Notes: a model not told the origin generated them from the sequence alone. Counted from the first letter of the stretch, positions 1 to 10,430 are shown. The stretch is DNA of 64,000 nucleotides from an uncultured Methanomicrobiales archaeon (GCA_963697895.1 OY969100.1:1824001-1888000); one strand, 5' to 3'. Translations and numbers: made by a program.

Positions 1-1167
1 CTCTGTCCGGCCTGGTCCTCCCGTATCAGGATGAGGTATCCCCGGATGATCATGAGCTGGTTCGTGATATCGTGGCGGATCACGCTGTTCATGAGTTTCA
101 GACTTCGCACTCACCTGCACCAGCGCATCCTCGGCCCGTTTCCGTTCCGTGATATCACGTACGTTCGCGATGATCAATTCCCTCCCCTCGAGGGTGATCT
201 TGCTCAGGTGCACCTCGACGTCGAATTCGGAACCATCGTCCGGGCGCCTGGCCCGCCATTCAAATAAGCGGGGGTTCCCCTCCATCACCTCCTGCCAGAT
301 GCGGGGAAGCGACTCGAGAGGATTGGAAGGGGCGGAAAGGTCTTTCGTGAGGGATAACCGGGGGATCTCGTCACGGGTCACCTGGTACAGCTGAAGCACG
401 CGGTCGTTCGCGTCGACGATGGTCCCGTCCGGGGTATGGAGGAAGATACCGTCATATGCGTTGTTGAAGATTGCCCGCATCTTTCGCTCGGAATCGTGCA
501 TCTCCTCTTCCGCCTGGTTGCGGGAGAACTCAAATCCGATCGCCCCGACCCCGATAACGATCAATGCACCGAGAATGATCAGGTAGAGGATCTCGCCGAG
601 GAAATTCATCCGGTTCAGAACGCGGTCCTCACTCATGTCCACCCCGACGATTCCCACGACGTCTCCCTTCGCATTCCGTACCGGTGCGTACCCCGAGAGG
701 GTGGTCCCCCACTGGTCCGTGGCAAACTCACTCTCTACGGTATTTCCGGTAAATCCCTGGAGCATCTCCGCAGTCGGAGTCGCGTAGATATCCCCGATGG
801 AAGCGGTTTCGCCCGGGGTATCCATTCCGTATTCGGCATCGACAATGAACTGGACGGTGTTGTTTACGTTTCGCATCGTGTAAATATACGTGATATCGGG
901 GTTCGATTGTTCCATCGCATAGAGCTGATCCCGGATCGCGATGAATGCGGGAGATGATTCATCGCCGATCCGGAGTGTTGCGAGTGCATCCCCGTCTACC
1001 TGAGTGGCCACCACTGCGGCGAGCGTTCTTAACTCGTCCCGGGTCACCTCTTTTACGGCTGTCTGCGTCTCGATGTACAGGAAATTGAATACCACGATGG
1101 ATGCTATTAAAATAATAAATAAAACCAGTATTCGTATTTTTTTGGAAGAATATACCATGTTACCCAT
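1..1167 (-). CDS. Membrane-anchored sensor protein (two TM segments, extracellular Cache-like domain, PAS/PAC), probably a histidine kinase; runs off the window
   Basis: Manual minus-strand translation from ATG 1167: MGNMVYSSKKIRILVLFIILIASIVVF...DQWGTTLSGYAPVRNAKGDVVGIVGVDM...second TM...SERKMRAIFNNAYDGIFLHTPDGTIVDAND (PAS). Absent from the ORF track because it lacks a stop in the window. Confidence 0.8.
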   Translation of the reverse strand, partial: MGNMVYSSKKIRILVLFIILIASIVVFNFLYIETQTAVKEVTRDELRTLAAVVATQVDGDALATLRIGDESSPAFIAIRDQLYAMEQSNPDITYIYTMRNVNNTVQFIVDAEYGMDTPGETASIGDIYATPTAEMLQGFTGNTVESEFATDQWGTTLSGYAPVRNAKGDVVGIVGVDMSEDRVLNRMNFLGEILYLIILGALIVIGVGAIGFEFSRNQAEEEMHDSERKMRAIFNNAYDGIFLHTPDGTIVDANDRVLQLYQVTRDEIPRLSLTKDLSAPSNPLESLPRIWQEVMEGNPRLFEWRARRPDDGSEFDVEVHLSKITLEGRELIIANVRDITERKRAEDALVQVSAKSETHEQRDPPRYHEPAHDHPGIPHPDTGGPGRTE

Positions 1168-1530
1168 TCTTTTGCCCTTATTCCGGGAACGAATGCGGGG
1201 AATTATTTTCTGCGGGAATCCCTGCAGAGCAGTTCCCATTCATTATTCTTGGTTTATGTTCCTTGACAGATCAAAACATCGCTGGGCTCAATAAACCATC
1301 GATGCCACCCGGAAGATCATCGTACACGCCGTACACCCGAAGTTGTAATAATCCCGATCCCGTTATTCGTTCGCCATAACGGACACCGGTTCCGTCCCCA
1401 ACCTTCACCTGCCATAACAAAGGAGGGAAAAAATGATGCTCCAGAATCCCGGTATGGGAAGAGATAGGAATGGTTTTTCCGGAGGACGGGTATGTGCCGG
1501 GAACAGGTATCCCGGGCCCGATCGGAGATC

Positions 1531-2908
1531 CTATTTTTTGTCACTGCCTGCCGGTTTTTTCCGGGCGGCAGCCACGTTGGAAATTTTCGGGACCGTATCC
1601 AGTCCCCTGCTCCGGTGAAGCAGCATCTCGGCACGATCGAAACAGTGTTTTGCCTCGTCATTTTTCCCCAGTTCCTTATTGCAGAGCCCGATATAATTCC
1701 AGGCCTTCCAGTTATCCGGTTCCAGCTCGATCGCCCGCTCGAACGAAGGGATCGCCTGTTCTATTAAGGTGAAATCGCCGTTGGATTTTCCGATCTTTTC
1801 CCGCAGTTCTCCCTGATAATAATAGCATCCGGGATCCTTCTGGTCCAGGAAAATTGCCTGGTCGAAGCTCTGGAGGGCTTCCTCATACCGTCCCAGTTCC
1901 TTTAACGAGATCCCTTTGCCTTTCCATGCCCTCGCGTTGTCTTTTTCGCGTTCGATCGCACGGTCAAAGCAGGGGAGGGAATCTTCGAACCGCCCCTGCT
2001 GCTGTAACGCATATCCCTTCTGGAACCCCGTCATCTTATCCTTCCCAAAGATCCGGTCCATAAATCCCGCGGGTTTTTCCGAAAGATCCTTCTGCTGCTG
2101 CAACCGGGAATGTCGGACATCGGTGACGTCATGCACAGACTCGATAGCGGCGAGCAGGATTCCCTCCCGGTCATATATCCGCCTGACCTTTACCCAGAGG
2201 TATGCCTCCCTCCCCTTCAGACTTCGCCTCTCCGATCTCCGCGTTATAGGCCTCCCCCTCCTTCTTCGCCTGCGGATACTGCTTGTTCAGCACGACATCG
2301 TCGTTCTTCAGGACATAATCGATCAGGATCGGTTTCCGCTCGCCGTAGAGCGCGAGGGAATATTCTTTATTCCCTTTGTGCAGGATTTCCGCCGCTTTCA
2401 CCCCCGTCAGGGTTTCCATCGCCTTGTTCCAGGCGATCACCCGTCCGAAATGGTCTATCGCAAAGGTTGCATCGGGGAGGATGTCGATAAGATCGACCGA
2501 TTCCATCGTTAATTTAAGCGAGTTCTCTGCCTCCCGCCGCTGGACGGCCATCTCTATCATCTTCGCAAGCTCGGAGAACCGCCGTTGGGGATCGTCTTCC
2601 TTGGTTAAATAGAAATCCGCGCCATTGTTCAGCGCCTCCATCGCCACGAACTCCCGGCCCTTCCCGGTGAACATAATAAACGGCACCCGGTCTCCCTGCA
2701 TCCGGAGCATCTTGAGAAAGACGAGCCCGTCGATCTGGGGCATCATGTAATCGGAGACGATCACATCGAACGATCGGGTCTTCAGGATCCCGATCGCTTC
2801 CGGGACGTTCCTGCTCGTCTCCACCTGCATGTAACCCGTCCGTTCGAGGAAGATGCGGGTCAGCTCGAGGACTGCCGGGTCATCTTCCACGAGGAGTACG
2901 GAGATCAT
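1531..2908 (-). CDS. Receiver-PAS/PAC-TPR protein (single gene split by a +1 frameshift near 2222)
   Basis: N-terminal REC (LLVEDD, SDYMMP, FTGKG, YLTK) and PAS (LPDATFAID...WNKAME). Removing one base near 2222 gives LKGREAYLWVKVRRIYDREGILLAAIESVHDVTD (PAC), continuing into TPRs (AWKGKG..L..LGRYEEAL..FD.AI). Confidence 0.8.
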
Positions 2909-3159
2909 ATTGAGTCACGTATATTGGCTGTCGAATAGTTGATAATTAATGATGTCTTGAGCAGATAAAAGATTGGTTCTGTGAGATCACCCCTGGGGAA
3001 TGATCACCGGGATGCATTGTTTTTCAGGGTATTTTCTCAATCGATTTTTCTGCGTATAACTGTCCGATAAAGATTTGGGGCGTAAAAAATTCTGCGATGT
3101 GGCTGATGTTAATATTAATCGGGGTAATTAATATGTATCTTTAAATTAACTCGTTCATC

Positions 3160-3582
3160 ATGGTGGAAAATCTTTCGCAGGGCGGAAAAAAAGCGATAAA
3201 GATTCAGATTCCCATCTTTTTCAAACTCATGGTAAGTATGCTTCTCGTCGCGACGATTCCGGTGGTTCTCCTTGGCATCCTTTCGATCGGCGGCACGGGA
3301 AGTATCGTTGCGAATATCGGCCTTGAATCGACGATCATCCTCATTACCGCAGTTACCCTGGTGATCGTCCTGATGTGGAGCTTCTTCCTCGCAAGCAGCA
3401 TCACCAATCCCATCATCCGATTGACCAACACTGCCCAGAGCATGAGCCAGGGGGAGATCAAAGCATCGGAGATCGAGGTAACATCCAATGATGAGGTCGG
3501 AGAGCTCGTCACGTCGTTCAACAAGCTGATCAACACCTACATGATCCTCGATACCCTTTCCAGGGATGATATCGGCAGGTAG
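3160..3582 (+). CDS. Small membrane protein with two TM helices and a C-terminal HAMP domain, no output domain
   Basis: Two hydrophobic stretches, then SITNPIIRLTNTAQSMSQG...SNDEVGELVTSFNKL (HAMP signature). Confidence 0.8.
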   Translation: MVENLSQGGKKAIKIQIPIFFKLMVSMLLVATIPVVLLGILSIGGTGSIVANIGLESTIILITAVTLVIVLMWSFFLASSITNPIIRLTNTAQSMSQGEIKASEIEVTSNDEVGELVTSFNKLINTYMILDTLSRDDIGR

Positions 3583-3590
3583 CGGGAACT

Positions 3591-3944
3591 ATGGCCGTAT
3601 TACATGACCTCCTGCATAAACTGTTCATCATCAACGGGGTGACCGCTGTTGCGGTTATTACGGGCGAAGGCCGGGTGGTGGAGAGCCTGGAGACGGAGAC
3701 CGTCGACGATGCGCAGCTTGCGGCGGTCATCTCGTTCGTGATGGCCGAGTCGGGTGTGATGGCCAGAAAATTCGGGAAGGAAAATCTCTCCCTGGTTTAT
3801 CTGGAGTTCCAGGACCGGGTGCTGATATCGGTTCCCCTGAACGGCCAGTTTGTTATCGTCTTCATCGCGAAGCCGAACACCAATCTTGCGCAGATACATG
3901 CCGAACTGAAGAGGGACAGGGATATGATCGTCGGGGCACTATGA
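3591..3944 (+). CDS. Roadblock/LC7 (MglB-like) domain protein
   Basis: 117 aa; INGVTAVAVITGEGRVV...LAAVIS...LSLVYLEFQDRVLI...KPNTNLAQI matches the Roadblock/LC7 pattern. Confidence 0.8.
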   Translation: MAVLHDLLHKLFIINGVTAVAVITGEGRVVESLETETVDDAQLAAVISFVMAESGVMARKFGKENLSLVYLEFQDRVLISVPLNGQFVIVFIAKPNTNLAQIHAELKRDRDMIVGAL

Positions 3945-5110
3945 TCGGAAACCTTCCGGAAGGTACATTTATCGGCCGCATGAAGGCCTCTATCGAATGG
4001 GTGATCTCGCATACCGCCCGGTTTGCAGGAGTAGTCATCATAACGATCCAGGATGGTTCCGGTTTTATTCTGATCGACAAAGGAAAGCCCCTCTATTATT
4101 ATTTCAGGCATGGACAGCAGACCCTGGAGGGGAACAACGCGTATGATTATTTCCATAGTTTCCCGGTTATTTCGTTCGAGCTGAAACGGTACGATCCCCG
4201 GGAAATGTCCGAGGCGGATGACCAGATTCGATCAGCGGGAATAAAGCCCGTTCCGGTGGCACCCCTGAACGGGGATCTGAACACGGTCGACTTCCTGAAG
4301 AACGCTCACTCGGGAAATTTGTCGTCCGGTATCCCGGCAGCGTCCCCTGACCTGACCGATTCCGTGGAGACGGGAATTTCCCGGGAAGATACCATCCTGT
4401 TTGAAGATATCCTCGAAGATGAGATCCCGAAGGAGAAGACCGGGGAGAACACCGGAGGGAAGACCGGGGAGATCGCCAGGGGGGACCCTTCTGAGAACAC
4501 CCTGGAGCAGATCGGCAAGATCACCGTGGGGTCCTCTTTGGAGAACACCATGGAGATCCCGGAGGCGAAGACCGGGGAGAGCACCCCGGACCACACGGGG
4601 GATAGCACCATGGAGATGATTGTGGAGAGCACCCCGGATAATGAGGAGGATATATCTATGGAGATGACCGTGGAGATCGCCGTCCGGCAGATCGTCTCCG
4701 ACGAAACAGGGGAACGCCCCGTGATATCGCAGGACGACTACACGGACGAAGGAATGCTCTCGCGGGTGGGGGAACTCCTTCTCGGGCAGCTCGTCGGCAT
4801 CCCCGGTGTTCTTGCCGTCTCTCTCTTCAACCGGGATATACATCTCCTCTCTCTTGGGGAGGTGAATCTCGAGCACCTCGTCGACGCGGCCGAGGACCTG
4901 ATGTACGGCGCACGCGAGGTCTCCTCGTTGGGGGAGATGGGGCCGTTCGTGCAGATGACGCTGCAACTGCCGAGCGGGAACGTCATCATCGCACCCTACT
5001 GGGACGACTACCTCTGCATCCTGACCAGTCCGGATATCAACCTCGGCCAGATCAGGAAGATCGTCCGGCACATTCCCCCGGGACAACAGGCGATCCCCCG
5101 AAAGGCATAA
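3941..5110 (+). CDS. Multidomain protein: N-terminal DUF2226-like domain, acidic repetitive linker, C-terminal Roadblock/LC7 domain
   Basis: C-terminus IPGVLAVSLF...GPFVQMTLQLPSGNVIIAP...CILTSPDINLGQIR is Roadblock-like. N-terminus (LPEG..., GFILIDKGKP) is reminiscent of DUF2226. ATGA overlap with the upstream gene. Confidence 0.65.
   Translation: MIGNLPEGTFIGRMKASIEWVISHTARFAGVVIITIQDGSGFILIDKGKPLYYYFRHGQQTLEGNNAYDYFHSFPVISFELKRYDPREMSEADDQIRSAGIKPVPVAPLNGDLNTVDFLKNAHSGNLSSGIPAASPDLTDSVETGISREDTILFEDILEDEIPKEKTGENTGGKTGEIARGDPSENTLEQIGKITVGSSLENTMEIPEAKTGESTPDHTGDSTMEMIVESTPDNEEDISMEMTVEIAVRQIVSDETGERPVISQDDYTDEGMLSRVGELLLGQLVGIPGVLAVSLFNRDIHLLSLGEVNLEHLVDAAEDLMYGAREVSSLGEMGPFVQMTLQLPSGNVIIAPYWDDYLCILTSPDINLGQIRKIVRHIPPGQQAIPRKA
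4430..4680 (+). repeat. Degenerate 12-bp (4-codon) in-frame tandem repeat inside the CDS
   Basis: ggagaagaccgg/ggagaacaccgg/agggaagaccgg/ggagatcgccag..., encoding EKTG ENTG GKTG EIAR ... ESTP. Confidence 0.7.
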
Positions 5111-5193
5111 AGAATCTGGGGGAAACATATCATCCGGGAAAAAGAGCGGAACCCGAGAAAAAAAATCGATCGTCAGATACGTGAGGCCGGCCG

Positions 5194-5832
5194 ATGCATA
5201 CCATTCTTGTTGTGGATAATATCCCCGCGATCGTCGACCTGATCGCACGGATGCTTGAGCAGGGGGGCTATCGGGTACTCCGCGCCGGAGGCGGCGAGGA
5301 GGCCCTCGCGGTCCTTGAAACCGCAAGACCGGACCTGATCCTTCTCGATATCGTGATGGAACCGATGGATGGCTGGGAGACGCTCCGAAAGATTAAATCG
5401 GGCGATTCCCCTACGTCCACCATTCCCGTCATGATGATGACGGTGAAGCACCTGACCGTCGAAGATGTGGAGGAGTTCGGTCCGCTGATCGAGGACTACC
5501 TCAATAAACCCATAACCCGGCGTGAATTACTGGATGCGGTCGAGCACTTTTTCCATCACCGCGACCACATCGAGGTCCAGATGCAGATCGCCGGTGAGCT
5601 GGGCGCATCCCCCGCATTAATCGATGAATACCTGTCGCTCTCCCGGATCACGGACGTGCAGCAGCACCTCATCCATATCCTCCAGCATGCCCGGACGAGC
5701 GAATTTTTCACCCCCGAACGTCGCGAGGAGTTCGTGGCTGCGATCAACCTGATGCAGAACGCGGTGAACGAGAAGATGGGCCGACTCGAAGAGATTAAAG
5801 CTGAGTTTGGGAAGATCGGGGTGACGATGTGA
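5194..5832 (+). CDS. Response regulator receiver protein with C-terminal helical extension
   Basis: ILVVDN, PDLILLDIVMEPMDG, MMMT, YLNKP. Confidence 0.85.
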   Translation: MHTILVVDNIPAIVDLIARMLEQGGYRVLRAGGGEEALAVLETARPDLILLDIVMEPMDGWETLRKIKSGDSPTSTIPVMMMTVKHLTVEDVEEFGPLIEDYLNKPITRRELLDAVEHFFHHRDHIEVQMQIAGELGASPALIDEYLSLSRITDVQQHLIHILQHARTSEFFTPERREEFVAAINLMQNAVNEKMGRLEEIKAEFGKIGVTM

Positions 5833-5894
5833 CGGTTCTGGTGTGGCGAGTTCGATGGGTTTCAGAATAAGTTCAAAGGGTCAAGAATAAAAAA

Positions 5895-6761
5895 TTAGGT
5901 GATTATGTAACTTCGACCCCTACCAACATGTAAACCTAGGAGGAGATCATATAAATCTTGCTCCCGGTGATTATATCTCCATTCCATTTCTTTGATGTAA
6001 TAGAGAAATTTCTCTTTTGAGATCCCATGATGTTTAATCAGCCTCTCCTTCGCAAAGGACCAGAATCCCTCTATACCATTGAATAGACCTTTCCCTGCTT
6101 GAATTTGAATGAATGATCGATACTCAAATGTCTAAAACCGCAAAACATGAGAGAGTCATAACCCCGCCATCTGTCGGTGTACACAATAGACCCTCTTCTC
6201 ACTCGTTTCACAGTTTCCGTCATAAGCGACTCAGCTTTTACATCCTGAATGATGTTAACTGAAACCTTTTCTCCTCGTTCCAGGATCCCGAATACGATGG
6301 TCTTGTGACCCGCACCCCTACCCCGTTTCCCTTTTCTTTTACCACCAAAGTACGATTCATCTGCTTCAATCTCTCCCTTCAGGATCTCATCATATTTCGC
6401 CAATTCTTCTGCGATAACCTGGCGAAGCAGATTAAATCCTTTGAGGGTAGTTTCATAGCTTAAGTTCAATTCACTCGATGCATTTTTCGCAGATATCGAC
6501 AATTCAAACAGTTTAATCAAATATAACCATTTTGAAGGAGAGATATTCATCAGTGAAAATTTTGTATCTTTCAGGGGCCAGCAAATCCTGTTTGCATTGC
6601 TTGCACCGGATTCGTTTACTGCCCATGAAATAATATTGGTTAGAATTGCAATAGGAACAGAATCGTTCCCCGATTCTACCCCAGAGGTATTCAAGAGCCT
6701 GATTATCATCTGATATCAGTCTCCCGAATTCCTTCGTTTCCATGTGTTGCATAGGATCCAT
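5895..6761 (-). pseudogene. IS1595-family (ISXO2-like) DDE transposase with two frameshifts (~6580, ~6085)
   Basis: Zn ribbon CSYC..CKQC, EADESYFGG, KRGRGAGHK, VYTDRWRGY, and after frame correction INGIEGFWSFAK...YIKEMEWRYN. The shifts may be sequencing errors. Confidence 0.85.
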
Positions 6762-6799
6762 CCTTCCTTAAGGTTAGGGGTGGACTCTACACAATCGCC
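5898..6799 (-). mobile_element. IS1595-family insertion sequence (902 bp) with imperfect ~27-bp TIRs and 8-bp TSD AAAAATTA
   Basis: Left end ggtgattatgtaacttcgacccctacc; reverse complement of right end ggcgattgtgtagagtccacccctaacc. aaaaatta at 5890-5897 and 6800-6807. Confidence 0.9.
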
Positions 6800-6979
6800 A
6801 AAAATTATTCTTAAAAATATCCAGCGCAAATCTTTCGATGGAATGGTTCTCTCAAATGATAAATTTTTTAAATCATTGATTTTTTTATAATTCTGTTGAA
6901 ATTCTCGAGGAAGTTTCCTTCAAAAAATAACTCACGTCAATATTGTTAACCCGTAACGGATAATTGTTTTAAAAAATTA

Positions 6980-7801
6980 TTATAATGAGAGGATAGTCAC
7001 ATTATAGGTCTTTATTACGAGTTTTTCCACATCCGGGTCGAGAATAAACGTCGAATAAAATGCATCACTATCAACAGGTTGCATTTTTAATGAAGGGCTG
7101 TTGAAATAGTTACGCCATGCAATATTGTAATTATTCTCATTATCCGCTTCGTATTTCACTGTTACAGAAGAACCTGACGGGACATCGTACGTGGTTTGTT
7201 TTGCATCCACAAGTTTCATCCTGACGGTCCCTATAGCGGTTTGTGAGAAATCATCCGAGGCGTTCAAAGTGATGAACGACATAACGAAGGTGTTTGGTCC
7301 ACCCGTTGGTTCGTCATAGAACCAGCGGGGTTCCGCAAGCATGGCCGACCCAGTGGGGGAACTCCAGTACCGGACATGGACCGCACCGTTCTCAAGACTT
7401 ATCGTGGCTGTTCCATCCTGGGAATTATAATTTATCTCCCCCGGTGAGAAAGTGCCTTGTGGTACCCCATCTATATCGACAGTAAATTTCGATTTCAAAC
7501 CAGCACCAATTTCCGGTTCCTTTTGAATCGACATCGTGCCTCCTGCCACCTGAAGAGTTGTTTCCTTGTAAGGAACAATTTTATACGTCAGGCTATTCAG
7601 ATCATTCTGGATCACGATCATATTTCTTTCCATATTTCGGACATTCGTGTTCTGCTGTTCCTGAAGGAGCATCGGATACCCATAAAGGGTGACCAGAGCA
7701 ATCCCAAGGGTCATTATTCCGAAAAGGAGGATGAAACCGATAGCCTCTGATACTCCGCTCTCAAAAAACAATTCATTATCTTGTCGTTTCACGATGGACA
7801 C
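6980..7801 (-). CDS. Pilin-like protein with putative class III signal peptide
   Basis: ESG|VSEAIGFILLFGIMTLGIALVTLYGYP N-terminus followed by a beta-rich domain. Confidence 0.7.
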   Translation of the reverse strand: MSIVKRQDNELFFESGVSEAIGFILLFGIMTLGIALVTLYGYPMLLQEQQNTNVRNMERNMIVIQNDLNSLTYKIVPYKETTLQVAGGTMSIQKEPEIGAGLKSKFTVDIDGVPQGTFSPGEINYNSQDGTATISLENGAVHVRYWSSPTGSAMLAEPRWFYDEPTGGPNTFVMSFITLNASDDFSQTAIGTVRMKLVDAKQTTYDVPSGSSVTVKYEADNENNYNIAWRNYFNSPSLKMQPVDSDAFYSTFILDPDVEKLVIKTYNVTILSL

Positions 7802-8265
7802 CCGCCTCCCGTAGAATTATAACACATCTGATTGATTCCACCGCTTGAAGTACTTCCTTTCAATCCTAATGTAGAACCAATACCCGCAAGAGGGATCTCA
7901 ATTTCGAGGAGATCTCCCGATATCAAAATTTTCTCCTTCCCGTATCCTCCTTCCGATTGTTGTATATCAACCATATACCCCTTTCCTGCAATATCATCAG
8001 GGATGTTAAAGTTGGTCACGACCAGGCCTTCTTTGTTTTGAACATAGGGAGATATGACGTAGAGATCGACCATTCGAGTGCTCACCCCATTTCCAACGTC
8101 GATATATGCGTGGTGTGTCAGGGTATATAGGGGATTCTGGATGAAGACCGGATAAACGGAAAGAAGAATTATTGTTATGAATAAAAGGAGCATACCGGTT
8201 ATCAGAATATATTCGACCAGACTGGCGACCCCATCTTCCCATTGATCACAGCTGAACGATCTCAT
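7789..8265 (-). CDS. Pilin-like protein with putative class III signal peptide
   Basis: EDG|VASLVEYILITGMLLLFITIILL. Confidence 0.7.
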   Translation of the reverse strand: MRSFSCDQWEDGVASLVEYILITGMLLLFITIILLSVYPVFIQNPLYTLTHHAYIDVGNGVSTRMVDLYVISPYVQNKEGLVVTNFNIPDDIAGKGYMVDIQQSEGGYGKEKILISGDLLEIEIPLAGIGSTLGLKGSTSSGGINQMCYNSTGGGCPS

Positions 8266-8590
8266 GATATCTGGTCACTCCATTATTGTAATTTATTATC
8301 AGCGAATCGGATGTTTCACTAATACCAACAACAGCATACTTCCGTGATAACGAAAGGCTAGTGATATCTTTATTCACTTCTGTGAGATCCGTGGTCATAT
8401 TCCGCGATTCGAATACCTCACTTCGCAGATCCTGGATATCCGACTTGGGAAAGTCGAGAACGCTTTCCGCAGTTGTCTGGCCAACCAGGGTTGATTGATT
8501 TACAATTATCGCTAAGAAAAAAATGCTGACGCTGATTATAAATCCCATAAGTAATATCCATTGTCCATCCTCATTTATCAGTCGCGCCAC
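8246..8590 (-). CDS. Small pilin-like protein with putative class III signal peptide
   Basis: EDG|QWILLMGFIISVSIFFLAII. Confidence 0.65.
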   Translation of the reverse strand: MARLINEDGQWILLMGFIISVSIFFLAIIVNQSTLVGQTTAESVLDFPKSDIQDLRSEVFESRNMTTDLTEVNKDITSLSLSRKYAVVGISETSDSLIINYNNGVTRYHEIVQL

Positions 8591-9102
8591 ATCAAAACCT
8601 CCAGTAAGACAGATTGTGATCGTGTTTTATCGATCGGAAGGGACGGGTTAATTCCTGTTACATTGGTTACTAAAACCCGCCGTGTAACCTTTACCGTATG
8701 CTCATGGCCGGTTACATCTCCTGTCAAGCCCGAATGAGAAAATGGATAATGATCGATCGTATCGTCATCGATTTTGCGATAATATACATCGGAACTGAAT
8801 TTTATCTCTTCTGCCCAATTCTGTGAATTTGCTTTGGACAATGTTGAGAATGCCGTCCTGAATGCATCCGTATCATTTGTGCGGATATAGACTTCCAATG
8901 GGCTTTCCATGGTATCATCGAGGGGTGTATCCATAACAGCCAGAACATCTTCACCGAGTTGTTCCTGTTGCATATCGAAGATATGAGTATCTCCCGGGGT
9001 AAAGACGGTCGTCGTACTGATGATCAAATACGCCGTTACGATCATGAGTATCCCGGCAGCAATGCCTTCAATAGTGTAGAGAATGCCTCCATCGTTCACC
9101 AT
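8578..9102 (-). CDS. Pilin-like protein with putative class III signal peptide
   Basis: DGG|ILYTIEGIAAGILMIVTAYLI. Confidence 0.65.
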   Translation of the reverse strand: MVNDGGILYTIEGIAAGILMIVTAYLIISTTTVFTPGDTHIFDMQQEQLGEDVLAVMDTPLDDTMESPLEVYIRTNDTDAFRTAFSTLSKANSQNWAEEIKFSSDVYYRKIDDDTIDHYPFSHSGLTGDVTGHEHTVKVTRRVLVTNVTGINPSLPIDKTRSQSVLLEVLMWRD

Positions 9103-10208
9103 ATTCTCACCTCCAGGACTGCAGGAGTAAGAACGGTGCGATCGAATTCGGATGTTGTGATATCAGGGTTGTAATCATAACCGTAGTCTCCCACGAGGTA
9201 TGTTCCGTTTGTTAGATTACGAATGGTCATTTTGACATCGATTGAATCGACAGGACCGATATTCGGGAAGTATCTGCGGGTAAAATAACCCGGCTCAATC
9301 TCAATATATGTTCTATTATTTACCGGTTCATCCATGGCGACGCCGATATCAGGGAATCGCTTTACATAGTTGGGATCATCGTAATTTTTAAGAAGAATGG
9401 TCGGAGAATCCGGTTCGGGATCTTCGCACGTGGGGGAACAGACCTGTAGATAGGTCATATGATACGTATCCGATCCGTTGATGCCTTTCAGATTGATAAC
9501 CGTCTGCTCCACTGCCGGATAAATCATATACGCGGGATCTCCTTGAGAAATATTCCGGAAACTGTAGGTCACCGTGATTTTACCTGATTCATTCTTTACG
9601 GGTAAGTTTGTAAGGGTGAGGCCTGTGGTTTTCTTTACAAGGACAACCCTCCTGATGTATCCCGTGGAGGTATTATCTGGTATTTGGCTTCCAACATAAA
9701 CTGGATTGGATCCATCTAGCATCATGAAAGAGATGTTGAACTGGTAAGGATAATCCCCGAATATGATCTTGTCTTTATAGAAATCTTGGTCGTAATTCGT
9801 TGAATTAAAGAATTGTGTTATTTTGTGTGACATAAGCACGCGGGGGGGAGTATCATAATAATACCTTGGGAGCATCAATCCCATTCGGAGTGTATTGCTC
9901 TCATGATATTGATTGTAATATTCTGGATAGATGAGATCCCAGGAATAACGGTCCGGTGCTATATACGAAATCCCAACTGTCTCGTCAATCTCCCCTGGGT
10001 CCTCGACAAGAATCACCCCTGTCCGGTATGCAACTGCATCGAAATCAATGGTCTTGCTCTGGAGTCCGATTAGAAGCGCAGAGGTCATCGTTGCCACAAT
10101 GGCGAAAGCAATCAAAAATATCGATAACCCGACAATGAAATCGAGGGATGACTGAGCAGAGTCGTCAAGAGAGATTGATTTTACCATTATGGACTTTTTA
10201 TCAATCAT
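9096..10208 (-). CDS. Large pilin-like protein with putative class III signal peptide
   Basis: DSA|QSSLDFIVGLSIFLIAFAIV. C-terminal AVLEVRIW resembles VLLEVLMW of the next gene. Confidence 0.7.
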   Translation of the reverse strand: MIDKKSIMVKSISLDDSAQSSLDFIVGLSIFLIAFAIVATMTSALLIGLQSKTIDFDAVAYRTGVILVEDPGEIDETVGISYIAPDRYSWDLIYPEYYNQYHESNTLRMGLMLPRYYYDTPPRVLMSHKITQFFNSTNYDQDFYKDKIIFGDYPYQFNISFMMLDGSNPVYVGSQIPDNTSTGYIRRVVLVKKTTGLTLTNLPVKNESGKITVTYSFRNISQGDPAYMIYPAVEQTVINLKGINGSDTYHMTYLQVCSPTCEDPEPDSPTILLKNYDDPNYVKRFPDIGVAMDEPVNNRTYIEIEPGYFTRRYFPNIGPVDSIDVKMTIRNLTNGTYLVGDYGYDYNPDITTSEFDRTVLTPAVLEVRIW

Positions 10209-10430
10209 TTCTCGTATATCCTCTACTACCAGATTCCTCTGAAATATATATAAGGCATGCGTAAAACTCTCTGATTAATCTTCTTCATGGCGATTAAATT
10301 ATTAAAATAAAATAATATTATAAATTATCACGGAAAAATTTTCTATTTATAAATAGATCCTCATTTTTAGATAGTTATATTAAGATGAATATTATATCAA
10401 GAGTGAGGCTTAAGAGAGGTGGTGTGGGGG

